Assembly: GCF_009914755.1 (NCBI RefSeq)
Contig: NC_060930.1
Length of the DNA stretch: 64,000 nt
Origin: the human T2T-CHM13v2.0 reference genome, Homo sapiens
Direction: 5' to 3' (one strand)
Below the pieces are notes generated by a model, which saw nothing but the letters and a program-made list of their open reading frames with translations, did no database searches and was not told the DNA's origin. Below, piece after piece: positions 51,901 through 64,000 of the stretch (its first letter is position 1; every line of letters starts with the position of its first letter). The position numbers and the translations under genes are program-made.

Positions 51901-52430
51901 ACAGAGCTTAGCATGTTAGGCAGTTGCAAGTCCCAGTGCTGGCTGCTGCCTCTCCTGAGCTCCAAACTGGGAGCTCAAATGGCTTAGACAGCAGGCAGCT
52001 GCAGCCAGTGCTAGTCGCCCCTCCCCGCGGGAGTTTGGTAGGCTTAAGCAGATTCCAGCTGAGAGGCTGTAAGAATCTGCTTAGGGCGCTAGGCCCGGGT
52101 GGTGGTGTGGGTTCGCGAGTGGGATCTTCCGACCCATGGGTTGCACAATTCCGTGGAAAAAGCAGTTTCCCCGGCTGGGTAGCGGCTCACTCACCGCCTC
52201 CCTTGGCTGTGGGGAACGGAGTTCCTTTTCCCCGTGTGGCTCTCAGGTGGGCCACCGCACCACACTGCTCTTCCTTCTCTCCGTGGGTCACGCCAGCCTT
52301 CTAGTCAATTTTGATAAGAGAACCTGGATACCTTGGTTGCCGATGAAGGCTTCACATGCTTATTATGTTTTTGTTTTGTTTTTTCGATGGTAGCCTCCGA
52401 ACGTCTCTGTTTCTAGTAAGCCATCTTGCC
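45969..52430 (-). mobile_element. Full-length L1 (L1PA8-like, about 6.46 kb), ORF1 and ORF2 disrupted, same orientation as PKHD1
   Basis: 5' end ggcaagatggcttactagaaacag at 52430 with CpG-rich 5' UTR. Track ORFs between 46292 and 50010 are ORF2 pieces (MTGSNSHITILTLNVNGLN endonuclease start; [12 protein letters not shown] motif) split by frameshifts and stops. Poly-A end near 45969; TSD catggccattt (45958-45968) and cacggccattt (52432-52442). Confidence 0.96.
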
Positions 52431-52524
52431 ACACGGCCATTTCTATCTTCACTGCTCTTATTTGTCTCCTTTAACCCAATCCAGCCTGGGGACTCATACA
52501 GACTTCGATTGGCAAGTTAATCTT

Positions 52525-52543
52525 TGACCACAAGGTGGCAGTA
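52525..52543 (+). promoter_or_regulatory. CTCF-like motif TGACCACAAGGTGGCAGTA
   Basis: Close by-eye match to the CTCF core CCASYAGRKGGCRS (one deviation); binding not shown. Confidence 0.6.
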
Positions 52544-52952
52544 TGCAATGTATAAATGCTTTGGTAAGGCATTTTCTCTGGCTACAAACACTTCTCTCTA
52601 GGGTAAATTGGCTATTAACCAATAAGTTTTAAAGAAATGCAATGCTATAAGATGTGTAGAGGTTGTTTCTCATTGTATTAATAAATTTAAATTTTCAGGC
52701 GTAACCATTCTGCATTCACAATAACACATAAATAGATTCTAAAATTTTCAAGTTTAAAAAGCAACCAAATCTCATATTTAGCTTATATTCATCTGGCCAA
52801 AATACTATTGAAGTTTTCTTTATCTGCATCAGAATATGCCAAGACTTTCAATAACGAGATAACCTGCTCCTCTTTCAACCCATTATCTCAAACAAAGAAA
52901 GATAAGAACAAATGAGAATGCAGCATACCAACTAATGGATTCCTTGGGTTAC

Positions 52953-53130
52953 CTGCAGAGATCTGTTGATCCAAAGGTTCTCAGATTGCAATGAGTAGGT
53001 CTCTTGGTCCAAGAGCAGAGCCATCCAGCCACGAGGGTTAGACAATGTATCACGTACATAATTGACAGTGGTTGTTTTATTTCTGCTGTCAGTCATGGTC
53101 AAATCATAAGAAACTTCAGGAGTATTCGCT
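52953..53130 (-). CDS. PKHD1: PKHD1 exon 49 (178 nt, phase 2 to 0), ectodomain: [59 protein letters not shown]
   Basis: Minus strand ttttccttttaaaatcaccctag|AGCGAAT...TCTCTGCAG|gtaacc; 1 nt plus 59 codons, open, joins in phase to the next exon. Confidence 0.96.
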
Positions 53131-53380
53131 CTAGGGTGATTTTAAAAGGAAAAAAAATGGGTTGAGAGATTATTTGCTCATTCTGAATCCAATACATTCC
53201 TCTTTCATCAATTGCAATCATCTTTCCATTCTCTCCACATATGTCTTAGGCCCTCTTTAGTTGTATGTCTAGGGAGGTTTTAGCAGTCACTGTGTGAGTG
53301 AAAACAACCCAGTGGGAAGTTGCCATTGGATCATTTGCAAATTACAATGTCCTGGTGAACTGGAGGTGGTGACTCTCAGG

Positions 53381-53483
53381 TTTTTTATTTTGTTTGTTTT
53401 TTGTTTTTCTCCTTGAGACGGAGTTTCGCTCTTGTTGCCCATGCTGGAGTGCAATGCGCAGTCTCAGCTCACTGCAACCTCCA
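53381..53483 (-). mobile_element. Alu 3' fragment (Sp/Sq-like), heavily 5'-truncated
   Basis: T-rich tail then gagacggagtttcgctcttgttgccc...actgcaacctcc, ending abruptly; no TSD seen. Confidence 0.9.
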
Positions 53484-53769
53484 CCACTAATAAATGTCAC
53501 ATTAATGATTTTGTATGAACCAAGACTATATACTATGATTTTAACAAAGAAATGTCTATGGCCAGAATTTTGCCTTGGACCAGATTTATCAACAGCAAAA
53601 AACATTATTATTGGTAATTGGATATTCACATGAGGAACAATTGACAGAGGCCTGGGACCTGACATGCCTAGGTGCTGAGACTCTCAGAAGTCCTGCTCAA
53701 AATGCCCAGCAGGAGTGGCTTCAGCATCCTTCTCTAGAATGATGAGGTAACCTGCTCCTCTCCTGCAGC

Positions 53770-54720
53770 CTTGTGTAATGCCTAGTACTCACTGCTATTA
53801 CAGTACCTATGTGTTCTTGGCTTTGCCTTTTTAAAAACATAGATTATAAGATCCCTAAGTTAGAGGTGTTTTCCCCTTTCTTATTGGTATCTTCTGCCCT
53901 GGCACAGGGCCCAGCACACAGTGGCACCCAAATCATGTTTGTTATATGAATGAACAATGCATAGATGAGATCTTCCAAAAGCAGCCAGTGACATTTTCTA
54001 ATGTATATAAAGTTCTATATATAGAACGTATAAAAACGTTCAGAAGAACTGCATTTTACCAAATGAGGAGACTGAGGCAGGGTAGAGCAAAAGCAATATG
54101 TGAGTATCACAAAGTAGAACTCGAAATTTGTGAATCCAGTTACCCAACTTATTCTATACAGCCATCCCAGAAAATGATTTTTAAGACTTCATTAAAGCAT
54201 AAGTAGATTTAGCCAATGATTAGACCCCTAAAAGAGAGTGAAAGTGGACCTAAAGAAATAAAGCAAAATCCAAAAAAAAAAAAAATCAATACACATTATG
54301 ACTGTTCTTCCTCCTTTGGTTTAGTTTTCATGAGAATCTTTAACTGTGGCATTTTGCCGCAGGCAGATAATTAAATTCTCAAAGTAAGGGAAATGAGTCA
54401 AAAGAGGACATTGGGTTTTCACAGTGAGATGGGGCATGAGTATATCTAAAGCCAATTTATAAGCCCGTGGAATAATTCAAAAAGGAACTTTTTTAAGTGT
54501 TGCACACTTGGGCACTGGAACAAATGGGTAACAACTGAAATCTAGATTGGCACTCAGTAGGTGTGTAAACCTGGGCAAATTTCAGCACCTATTTAACCTT
54601 TAGATTCATTTCTTTTTAAAATGGAGGCAACAATAGAATAGATCTCATATAGGTACTATGAAACATAAAGATAATCTACATAAAGCACTCACCAAGGCCA
54701 ATAACATCTACTTAGGTCTC
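53770..54720. mobile_element. Cluster of old repeats: L2 3' end (plus, about 53770-53960), MIR (minus, about 54040-54170), MIR (plus, about 54510-54720)
   Basis: ctggcacagggcccagcacacagt...atgaatgaa; cattttaccaaatgaggagactgaggca; ctgggcaaat...taaaatggaggcaacaatag. Confidence 0.65.
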
Positions 54721-55748
54721 ATTTAAGAACCTCAAATATGCCAGATTTACCATTCTGCACTACTTATTTGAATGCCTAGAGGTTTATTCAGGATATTCGG
54801 TCATTTAAAAACATACCAAAAACCCTTCCATGGTACAGATCATTGACCCTGGCAATGTAGCACTTGACACATATTTCTTGCAAGATTAAATGTATTTGTT
54901 TCATCCATGAACTAATGAAATGAAAGGGATGAAAAATGCTCAGGGCATTTGGGAATGAAAGAACTATTCTTTTTTCAGATTTCCCTATGCAGCATTAACT
55001 GAACCTTTAGAAATCTTGTGAGGAGGGGAAAATGTCTTCCTTTCTTTGGGTTTTAGATACTTAGGTTTGTTGTCCACCCTTCCCCACCCACCCCTTCAGG
55101 ATTTAAATTGGAACTAATGGACAATTCTCAACCTATATTCTTAGAATCAGAATGAACACAAAGATCATCTGTTCTAATTTCCAATTCAGTGCAGGAATTC
55201 CCACCATATTTCATCCCTCCCCTTCTTTCAGTTATGGGGTGTTTACATCTTCGAATAGAAAACATTCCATATATGGAATTTAGTTTTAAATTGTAATCTT
55301 TAGAAAAGCTTTAGAATGTTAAATTTCCCTTCTTAGAATTTCTAGCCATTTGCGCTCAGTCATCATGGCTCTCTCTTCCCCTGATGGAAACCATGAGTCC
55401 CATAATCCCAGGATATTTTCCAGGAACAATTTGGCCCAACTATATTTAGCAAATAAAAATAAGCTTTGGGGACATAAGTGTAAAACAAATATGATAAGAG
55501 GTAAGTTCGAACTAAGAAATGTCAAAATTGGCTACAGTAGGTACTGTGGTCAGTAAATAAAACACACTAGAAATATCTAAATTTCCTCAAGTACAGGGAA
55601 TGATTATAAGTGTTTCAGGTTCCAAAAGTATATCCTTCCAGTTTTTACTGAGACATATGGGCTTGGATTTATTTAAATAAATCTTGTGATTTATTTAAAT
55701 CACAAGATCTAAATCCAAGAGAGACTAATTGATAAATCAGAATTTTTA

Positions 55749-55761
55749 GTTAATGATTGAC
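55749..55761 (+). promoter_or_regulatory. HNF1-like site GTTAATGATTGAC
   Basis: One mismatch to the HNF1 consensus GTTAATNATTAAC; motif only. Confidence 0.4.
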
Positions 55762-56304
55762 CATAAGAAATAAAAGTGCCTTTCATATAGTGGGAGTTTA
55801 ACAAATATTTTCTGACTGAATAAACAAATGTTATATGCATCAGAACACTCCAGCTGGTTATGCAGTAACATTTCTCCCCAACTTGGAAGTCTACCTAGAA
55901 AAATCACATGAGGGTCAAGAGATTTCCTGCAAACTTATTTTCAAAAGAAATCAGCAGTTGGGGGATCCTAAGTTATTAGAGCTTGATACAATCAACCCCA
56001 TATCAGTAGGATATTTGCCAAGAGGACAAACATAGTCAGTGGTCAGAAAACCTCTCCTAGGCACACACAAGCAATGTGCACTAATAATGGTCTCTGGTCT
56101 AGGAAAATGCTATGATTTCCTTGAAAACTCATATTTCTGCAATCCTAGTCAAGTGCTGTCAATTAAACCACTTTTTAAAAATAGTTTTAACTACAAACCA
56201 AAAGAAGATCTCTGTTCAAAAGCATCCATCTGTTCACATTTAATTCCTCCTGCCTCACCTATCTTCTCATGCATACCACGTTGATCATTAAAAAAAATTA
56301 CCTC

Positions 56305-56614
<310 letters not shown>

Positions 56615-57784
56615 TCAATATGTGATAGTATAATCAATTGGGTAGATATTTCCAGAAATATTTTTTAATTCCAGCAATGTGGTCCCAAGAATTCCCCTGG
56701 TCACCTTGACTGGACTTAATTGCTCGTCAAATTTCAATTAACACCACATTTACAGACCAATTTTTAGGATGTTATTTCCCCTGACTCAGTTTCTGTAGAT
56801 TACAATTTCAATTATTGAAGGAAGCATTTTTCAGATAATCTCCCCAGTTTCTGAAGGCCCATACAAATGTGGTCCCTCTTCAAATAGTGTCAAACTGCTA
56901 AATGCTAGCAATAATTTGGTTCTATTTGTCTTTGGAAACATTGCACCTTCCTTTTGAGGTTCTTCTCCTTCTAGTCAGAATCCAATAATCTGATGCAAAC
57001 TCCTTGGCCAACCAGAGACATACCATAGCACACTGTGATCCTAAATTACTTTCTTATTTCTCCTTCATGCACTGCTCATTCTCTCAGAGCCTTGAGTCTA
57101 TCAAGCTCCCCTCACCCATCTCAACCAAGGTTTATTAGGGATGCAATTTCATAGGCACTCATGTGCAGCACCAGCTTTCTGTAGTGCAATACAGGTAGAG
57201 AAGGAGGTTATCATATATACTACACTTTTATCACAGCTGATAGGAGAGAGGGTCATATGGTAAGCATTCAGATATGCTTTCCACTCTGAAAAGCAACTCA
57301 AAAAGCAAAAGACCCATCTCCCATCAGGCAAGATGGCTTGTACTGACCATCACCAGGGGCCAAAAATTCAGTCAGGTCATCTCCTGTCCTCCTAGGCCAA
57401 ATGCCAGAATTGACCATGGAGGGGTCTTCTGAAAAGCACCAAAAGAACATCAAGAGTCCAAAAAACACCATGAAGAGAACTTACCAACAATAATTACTAC
57501 AATTTTCACTTGCCCTAAATAGCCACCAATTTCCCCATGCCCTAAATAGCCACCAATCTCCCACTCTTTACTGTTAATGAAGCAAAGGAGCACAAAAGTA
57601 TTTCTAATTTGGAGGAGCCAAGGGAGTCTGCATGGGCCATTAGCAGTAGAGAGCTTCATTACTAGGGGAAGAAGTCTCTCCCTGAACTTCTCATGGCTTT
57701 ATGTGCAAGAAATCAGGAGGCAACCAGTCCATTTTAAATGTTAACCCTTACCTCTGCATCAGCAACAGCTCCTCCTGTCTATGA

Positions 57785-58278
<494 letters not shown>

Positions 58279-59164
58279 TAAAGAGTTATGTAACTTAGTG
58301 CCCATGTACTGTAAAGAACTGTTGAATCCCACAAAGGATTTGTTAGGCAATCAATAATACCAATGAGAGCAGATATTAACTCCCTGGTTTTTGTTTACCA
58401 TTAGCTTACTTTTCCTGAGGGTCCATATCTGTGTATTAAAGACAAGCATTGCACTGAGCTCTAAATGCTCTTGATTTGGAACAGTTGTGAAATAAATCCT
58501 CTGTAATTATCCATCTCCTAAGCCAGACACACCACAATACCTAACCTCAAATTGTGTTGCAAACATCTTCTGAGTATTTGTGCTTGTTGATGTCACTCTC
58601 ATCTTTTACTGCACAAAGGGGAAGAAAAATCAAAACTGTGGGCACAGCCAACAAATTTCTGTGGCATGGTTTTGCATGAGCATCCTTTAAAAATACACCA
58701 TGCTCATAACAATCCTTGTCACAGCACCACTATTCTATCTGCTAACACCTGCCACCATTCCGTAATATTTCATTATCATTGTATCATTAAGTTTTTCCAT
58801 CCACAGCCTTATGGATTCAGAAACACTTAAATATTTCTCCTCTAAGGAAGTATCTACAGTTTTTGCAACATAGTTATCTGCTGTTATATTAGGACAATAC
58901 TTTTTGCCCATTCTATCTTAATATATGAAGAAAAGCAATAGATGTCCATTATCCTACTTTAGGTGACCATATACCATTGCATCTCTACTTTTGATCTGCT
59001 GAGTCCAATTGGAATGGCTATTTGAGAACACGAGAACACTGTTATTGAAGCTATGCAACCAGAAGGTAGACAGGTGGACAACTGCTTGTCAGGGATATTG
59101 AAAAATATTTTATCCAGCAGGTAGGAAGTTAGACTAAGAAGCTTGTCCTCCCTTATATATGCAT

Positions 59165-59370
59165 ACCAGAGCTGTGATGGGGATGACTGACACTGGCTGG
59201 CAGAAGCCCATCATTGACCCTTCTTCCCAACTATATGTTCAGTGTTTTTAGGTTGGAAGCTTAAAATAAGGCATGTGAGAGTATTTTCACTATAGAATTA
59301 GGCAAATGAAATAAACCAGAGCTTTTTATTCTGGAGAGCTAGTTGTTAAACATTTACCAGCATACCACTG
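59165..59370. mobile_element. MER63-like hAT element
   Basis: Terminus gagagctagttgttaaacatttaccagcataccactg. Confidence 0.7.
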
Positions 59371-60929
59371 CAACCTTTTATTATTCATAAAACTTAATAA
59401 CCATGTAATATTGTTGATGATATTCCTCAGTTTGGGGTCCATTGTGATTTTTAGATCTTTTTCTACTTTAATTCTGTAACCTTTGCTGCCAAGAAAAGAT
59501 AATACATCTTTGAATTTTCTTGTCTCACAGGGTTGTTTTTTAAGGACTGAAAAGATACCATTAGTGATGCCATGCCTATTTATCCCTAGGAAGGAAAGTC
59601 AAGCGATTATTAGAGGAAAAGGTAGGCCAAAATTTCCATTTGAACTCTTCTTTATTTTTGCATTCACAGAGGCAGGGGGTGACTCGTACTTTGAACACTG
59701 ACATCTTAAGAGTGGTTATATAGGTAAAAACTGAACGCAAGCACTACAGGAGAGGATATTAAGCAAGATCTAAGAATCAAGGTGATCAACAAGAACACTA
59801 ACCTTTTATTTTCCAGGAGAGGTGGGAAGGAAGAAACAGAAGGTACTGGGGCACGATGAATCAAAGTCAACGCCCTGAATGACCTCAGGTTCTACAACCA
59901 CCTGGGAGGTTTTGCTGGGTCAGTACAACGTCATATGATTATTACAAATTATTCCCTATTTTTCAGGAATTGGATTAAGTTACATTACCTAATTCCCTTG
60001 CCAGGCATTTGTTTCTCAGAAACAAAAAATTCTGCAGTAACCTATTCAATTAGTATTATGCCTATGCGTTGTTTTGTAAATCACAAATGTAAAATAGATA
60101 TTCTTTAAAGAGTACCTACTACATGTCAAGCAATGACCCTGAGGGATAAATACCATTATACCCATTTTAGTGATGAAAGAACTGAAACAAAAAGCGGTAA
60201 AGTAACTTATGCAAAGAAATATACCTAGGAAGTAGAGGGGATATGACTTGTACCCACAAAGGATTGTTAATTACTTCTCTATTCTTCAGTCTGAAAAATA
60301 ATTTCAAACATGTACTGTATATATATGTCTTGACTATTTTATGTACGTCCTGTAAAAACTCAGAAGGACTGGTCAGCCAACCTACAAAATCTTGCAAGCT
60401 CTTCTAATCTCCCTCACACTCAATACAGTCAAAAATTCGAAGACAGAATCAAGGTCTGATCTGTTGATATCTCAATGAGTCTATGACAAGTGAAGAAGTT
60501 ATACATTGCTGTAAACAACAATGACAAAAATTTTCGAGAAAATAATTATAAGGGTTGAGTTTACATCCTCTCTATCACAGTTTTATGTACCTATTCCACC
60601 AGGACAAGAAAACAATTACAAATAAAGGCAAACTGATGATTGAATGGGGGTAGAGAGGGGTTGGATAGAGAAGGAATCAGCAATTAGAATAAATCCTCCA
60701 GTCAAATGATTGCCCCAGGAAAGTAAAAGCCCAGAGAAGATTATGAAAGAAGATTCTTAAATACTAGATATTCCTAGGAATTTTAGAAGACTGGAGATAG
60801 CATTTTACTCCTGGGTCTTCTGAAGAAAAGCCGAATGCTGTGGACTCCTCATGAACATGTCCTAGGAGAGAAATAGACAATAAGGACACTAAAGGAAGAT
60901 CTGGGGGCAGTCCACTATTTTTTATTTAT

Positions 60930-61730
60930 ATTTTTTTACTCAACACCAATTTTGTTGAGTTGCTATGTGTTAAACAGAGTTTGGGGCATCATAATACAAA
61001 GAAAATCCCTATTTGCCCTCCTTGCCATTTATAAGGACAGACGGACAATTTAGAAAGCTATGCAGGTGCTATAAGTACTGATTAGAGCAAGTATAAAGAG
61101 CTAGCACACAACAGAGATATCAAAACCTGCGCAGCATGCTCAGGGAAGCCTAGCAGAGAAAACGACCTCTATGCTGAGTTCATGGAAGCTGAACATTATG
61201 AATTGAAGAGCACAAATAAGTTGAATGTGGCTAAGGGACAGAATGCAGGAAAGGTAGAGCAGAGTGCCGAGAGATAATGCTGGAACCCAAAGCAGACAGC
61301 AGGACACGGAAGCTCCATGACACATTAGGAATGTCAGACTTTCCTTGGAAAGCACTGAGAATTCTTTAAAAGTTTCATGCAAGGGAATGGATGGCAAGAT
61401 CAGATCTGCATTTAGAAAGTTCAGAGATTGAAACACCGAAAAATGGCAAGCTAAGTGGCTGTTGTGGTTCTACAGGTGAAAAGTAATGGTAGCCCAGACT
61501 GGAGAAGGATTTGGGGAAGGAGAGTAGTAGAAAGACTCAAAAGGGATTTATTAAGGAGGAAAATTGAGCTGATAGGTGATTAGTGTGGGAAATAAGGTAC
61601 AAAGATGAGTCAAGGATGACTCCATGTTTCAGGTTTAGACCAGCATTTGCCTCAGTGGGATTCTGAGCACCCAGAGAGAAACAGGTCTACAGAAAAAAAT
61701 CATAAATCCCATTTTGGCAAGTTGAGTTTT
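60930..61730 (-). mobile_element. L2
   Basis: actcaacaccaattttgttgag...gatcagatctgcatttagaaag...gagtcaaggatgactccatgtttcagg. Confidence 0.75.
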
Positions 61731-61732
61731 AG

Positions 61733-61929
61733 AGTAGCCACACTAAAAAGCTCAAAATAAACAAGTTAAATTAATTTTAGTAATATATTTAGCCCAATCT
61801 ATCCAAAATATTATTTCAACATGATCAATATAAACAAATTATTGAGATATTTTACATTCTTTTTTTCATATTAAGTCTTATCTATATGGTGGGTAATTCA
61901 CTCTTACGGCACATCACAATTTGGACTAG
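61733..61929. mobile_element. MER33 fragment (hAT-Charlie)
   Basis: gtagccacactaaaaag...atccaaaatattatttcaacatg...gagatattttacattc...caatttggactag. Confidence 0.8.
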
Positions 61930-63015
61930 GGAGATCTAAAAAGAGCACACAAAATCCTACTGATAATATTGTACTTGTTTCGTGTAATTATTTCTATACA
62001 GAAAAAAAAAATGTTTACCTAAAGTTTGGGATAGATAAATCCAAGAACTATGTGGGACATTTTATAATTATGGGACCCTGGAGAAAAACTGTCACTGGCA
62101 TGTGTTTCTGATATGAGGTCCTGACTTACATTGGCAGAACTAACACTACCCCTGTCTCACCAGGAACACTGAGGTTCATAGGGGGAAGCTGGTAGAAACA
62201 GAAGCTGGGAAAGGAACGCTATCCAGAATACCTGCGGCTTCTACAGAAAGCATGTTTTCAGAGCTGATGAGAGAGAAAACAATATAAGCAGCACTCACGC
62301 AGATCAAGCATGCTGTCATTTTAACAAAACATAAACTAGACTCTGCCTTGTAGAGTGGCAGTTTTTTCTTCACCCAAATATTAAATAGTGTGGCCAACTT
62401 CAAATATTTAAATACTTCTGTCATCCCAACTGCTGGCTTTGAGTCATAGGAACCAATAAAGTAGGAAGTGCCACAAAGGTAAGCACCGTCAGATTTAAGG
62501 CAGTGAGGGACAGGAACAGAAGGTTGCCAATGTCAAACAAATAACTTATAGTGAAAATGGACCAGAGAGGGGGCCTACCAAGGAAGAACTCACACTCCAA
62601 GAGCTTGGTTCTTAGCAGAACAGGAAGAGGATGTCTTGTTTATGCAGCTATGTAAAGCCTCACTCCCTGCCCTCTCTGGACCTCTTACTGAGGGAGGGAG
62701 TTAAGGGTTGAAAGTGAAGACAGCAGGGTGCTTATGCCATATTAGATCTCCATCAACATGCAACCCCAAAAGATCATAACTGTGAGAGCTTTGTAAATCA
62801 ACTCTTAGGGTGCTTGCCCCAGGGCAAATAGCACAACAAATTAATCCTTTCTCCATGAAATGCAGCAAAGTTTGCATCTATGCTGAATTCAAATTGCTCA
62901 TTAGCTCTGACATGTTCCTAATGAGGTTATAATGCTTTGGGACAAAGATCAAGCCACTGAGCACAAATAGCTAGGGATAGAATCATAGAAAGATAAAATT
63001 AGAAGGACCTTAGAG

Positions 63016-63160
63016 GAGTGCCTCTCAGACTTTAATACCAATCACCTGGGCATTGTAATTCAGGACATCTGGGGCCCAGTCTGAGAGTCTGCATTTCTAA
63101 AAAAAAACCCCTGGTGCTGCTGCTGCTGCTGGTCCATGGACAACATTTTGAGCAGCAAGA
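63016..63160. mobile_element. MER5-family MITE inserted into a MIR
   Basis: aatcacctggg...ctgagagtctgcatttctaa...gctgctggtccatggac; 8-bp TSD ccttagag at 63008-63015 and 63161-63168; MIR sequence on both sides. Confidence 0.8.
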
Positions 63161-64000
63161 CCTTAGAGATCATCTAATTCAGTTGCCTCTCCTAGAGGTG
63201 AGCACATCAGGGCCAAGAGATTTATAACTGGAAGCACGCTGAGACTTCCAGGTGACTAATTAGGGTCAGTTGAGTATTTGTCCATAGACCTGTGAGTCAA
63301 CCTGAAAATTTTAAATAGAATCTAAGGAGTAGAGTGACCAATCAGCCTAGATGACTGAGGAAGTTTCCAGAACATGGAATTTGCCTTTTTAAAACAAGAA
63401 AAAAATCCAGGAAAACCAGGATAAGTTTTTCATCCTGCTAGACCCTTTTGAATCTACTTAGAACACAGTATCAGTATTACATTTTTCTTGACCTTGTCAG
63501 TCCCCAAGTGGTGGGATCATGACCTGCCAAGGCAAGTACCTTAATATCCTGTCCCAAAGATCTCAAAGAGCAAACGCTCAAACAAGTTTCAGGCACTACA
63601 GAGCCTTCTAACATCACATTGACAAGTGCCTCTCCAAGAGACAGCCTACCAGTAGATCTCAAAGTAAAGCATGATAAAGGACTATCAGGAACACGCAGAA
63701 ATAAATATTATAGAAGCATATAATGTTCCTTTTAAGTACACAAATCTATTTTCCTCATTTGATAAAATGCATATAAGAAATAAATCACTAATTTTTATAA
63801 CTCTCAAAACACTCATTTAAAACATCCTTGGTAAAAACACTAAAATAATAAAAATCAGGCTGCATCCCTGAGAATGAAGAAAAAGTCATGCTCTGCACAA
63901 TCAAAATGATTAGAAATAAAAATATATCCCTTCATATTATTATTTTACTCACTGGAATTGGGCTCATTAACGTTAGGTAGAATAATGAATGTCTAGAAAG

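Overview
Human (or very closely related great-ape) genomic DNA from inside PKHD1 (fibrocystin/polyductin, chr6p12), which is transcribed on the minus strand. Four coding exons can be read directly from the sequence: 52953-53130, 44837-45032, 33461-33526 and 27918-28046. All have canonical AG/GT boundaries. Their lengths (178, 196, 66, 129 nt) and phases (2-0, 0-1, 1-1, 1-1) join into one uninterrupted frame (...[10 protein letters not shown]...RSLQ|YSATFDNF...LTYL|VSGEGQVQ...PTIS|[12 protein letters not shown]...VLILP). I recognise these as exons 49-52 of the long isoform, leading into the second G8 domain. The rest is intron filled with ordinary mammalian/primate repeats: eight Alu insertions or fragments, a full-length same-sense L1PA8-like element filling about 80% of intron 49, truncated and twin-primed L1s, MER4/MER57/LTR33/MLT1 LTRs, hAT MITEs, and L2 and MIR relics. 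Apart from one ORF overlapping exon 50 and broken L1 ORF2 fragments, the ORF track is noise. I found no CRISPR array, RNA gene or foreign insert, and I cannot claim a new biological system. The best leads are splicing or regulatory and all are untested predictions: (1) the intron-49 L1 offers a cryptic terminal exon (T12-CAG|AAG AAA TAA overlapping AATAAA) and a promoter end next to CCAAT, HNF1-like and CTCF-like motifs; (2) exon 51 carries TTTCAG|GTGA at both ends and nested in-frame splice sites; (3) intron 52 has a strong-site 19-nt poison microexon and a recursive-splice-like site; (4) there are several template-switch-type palindrome clusters. Repeat subfamily names, exon numbering and variant names come from memory and were not checked against databases.
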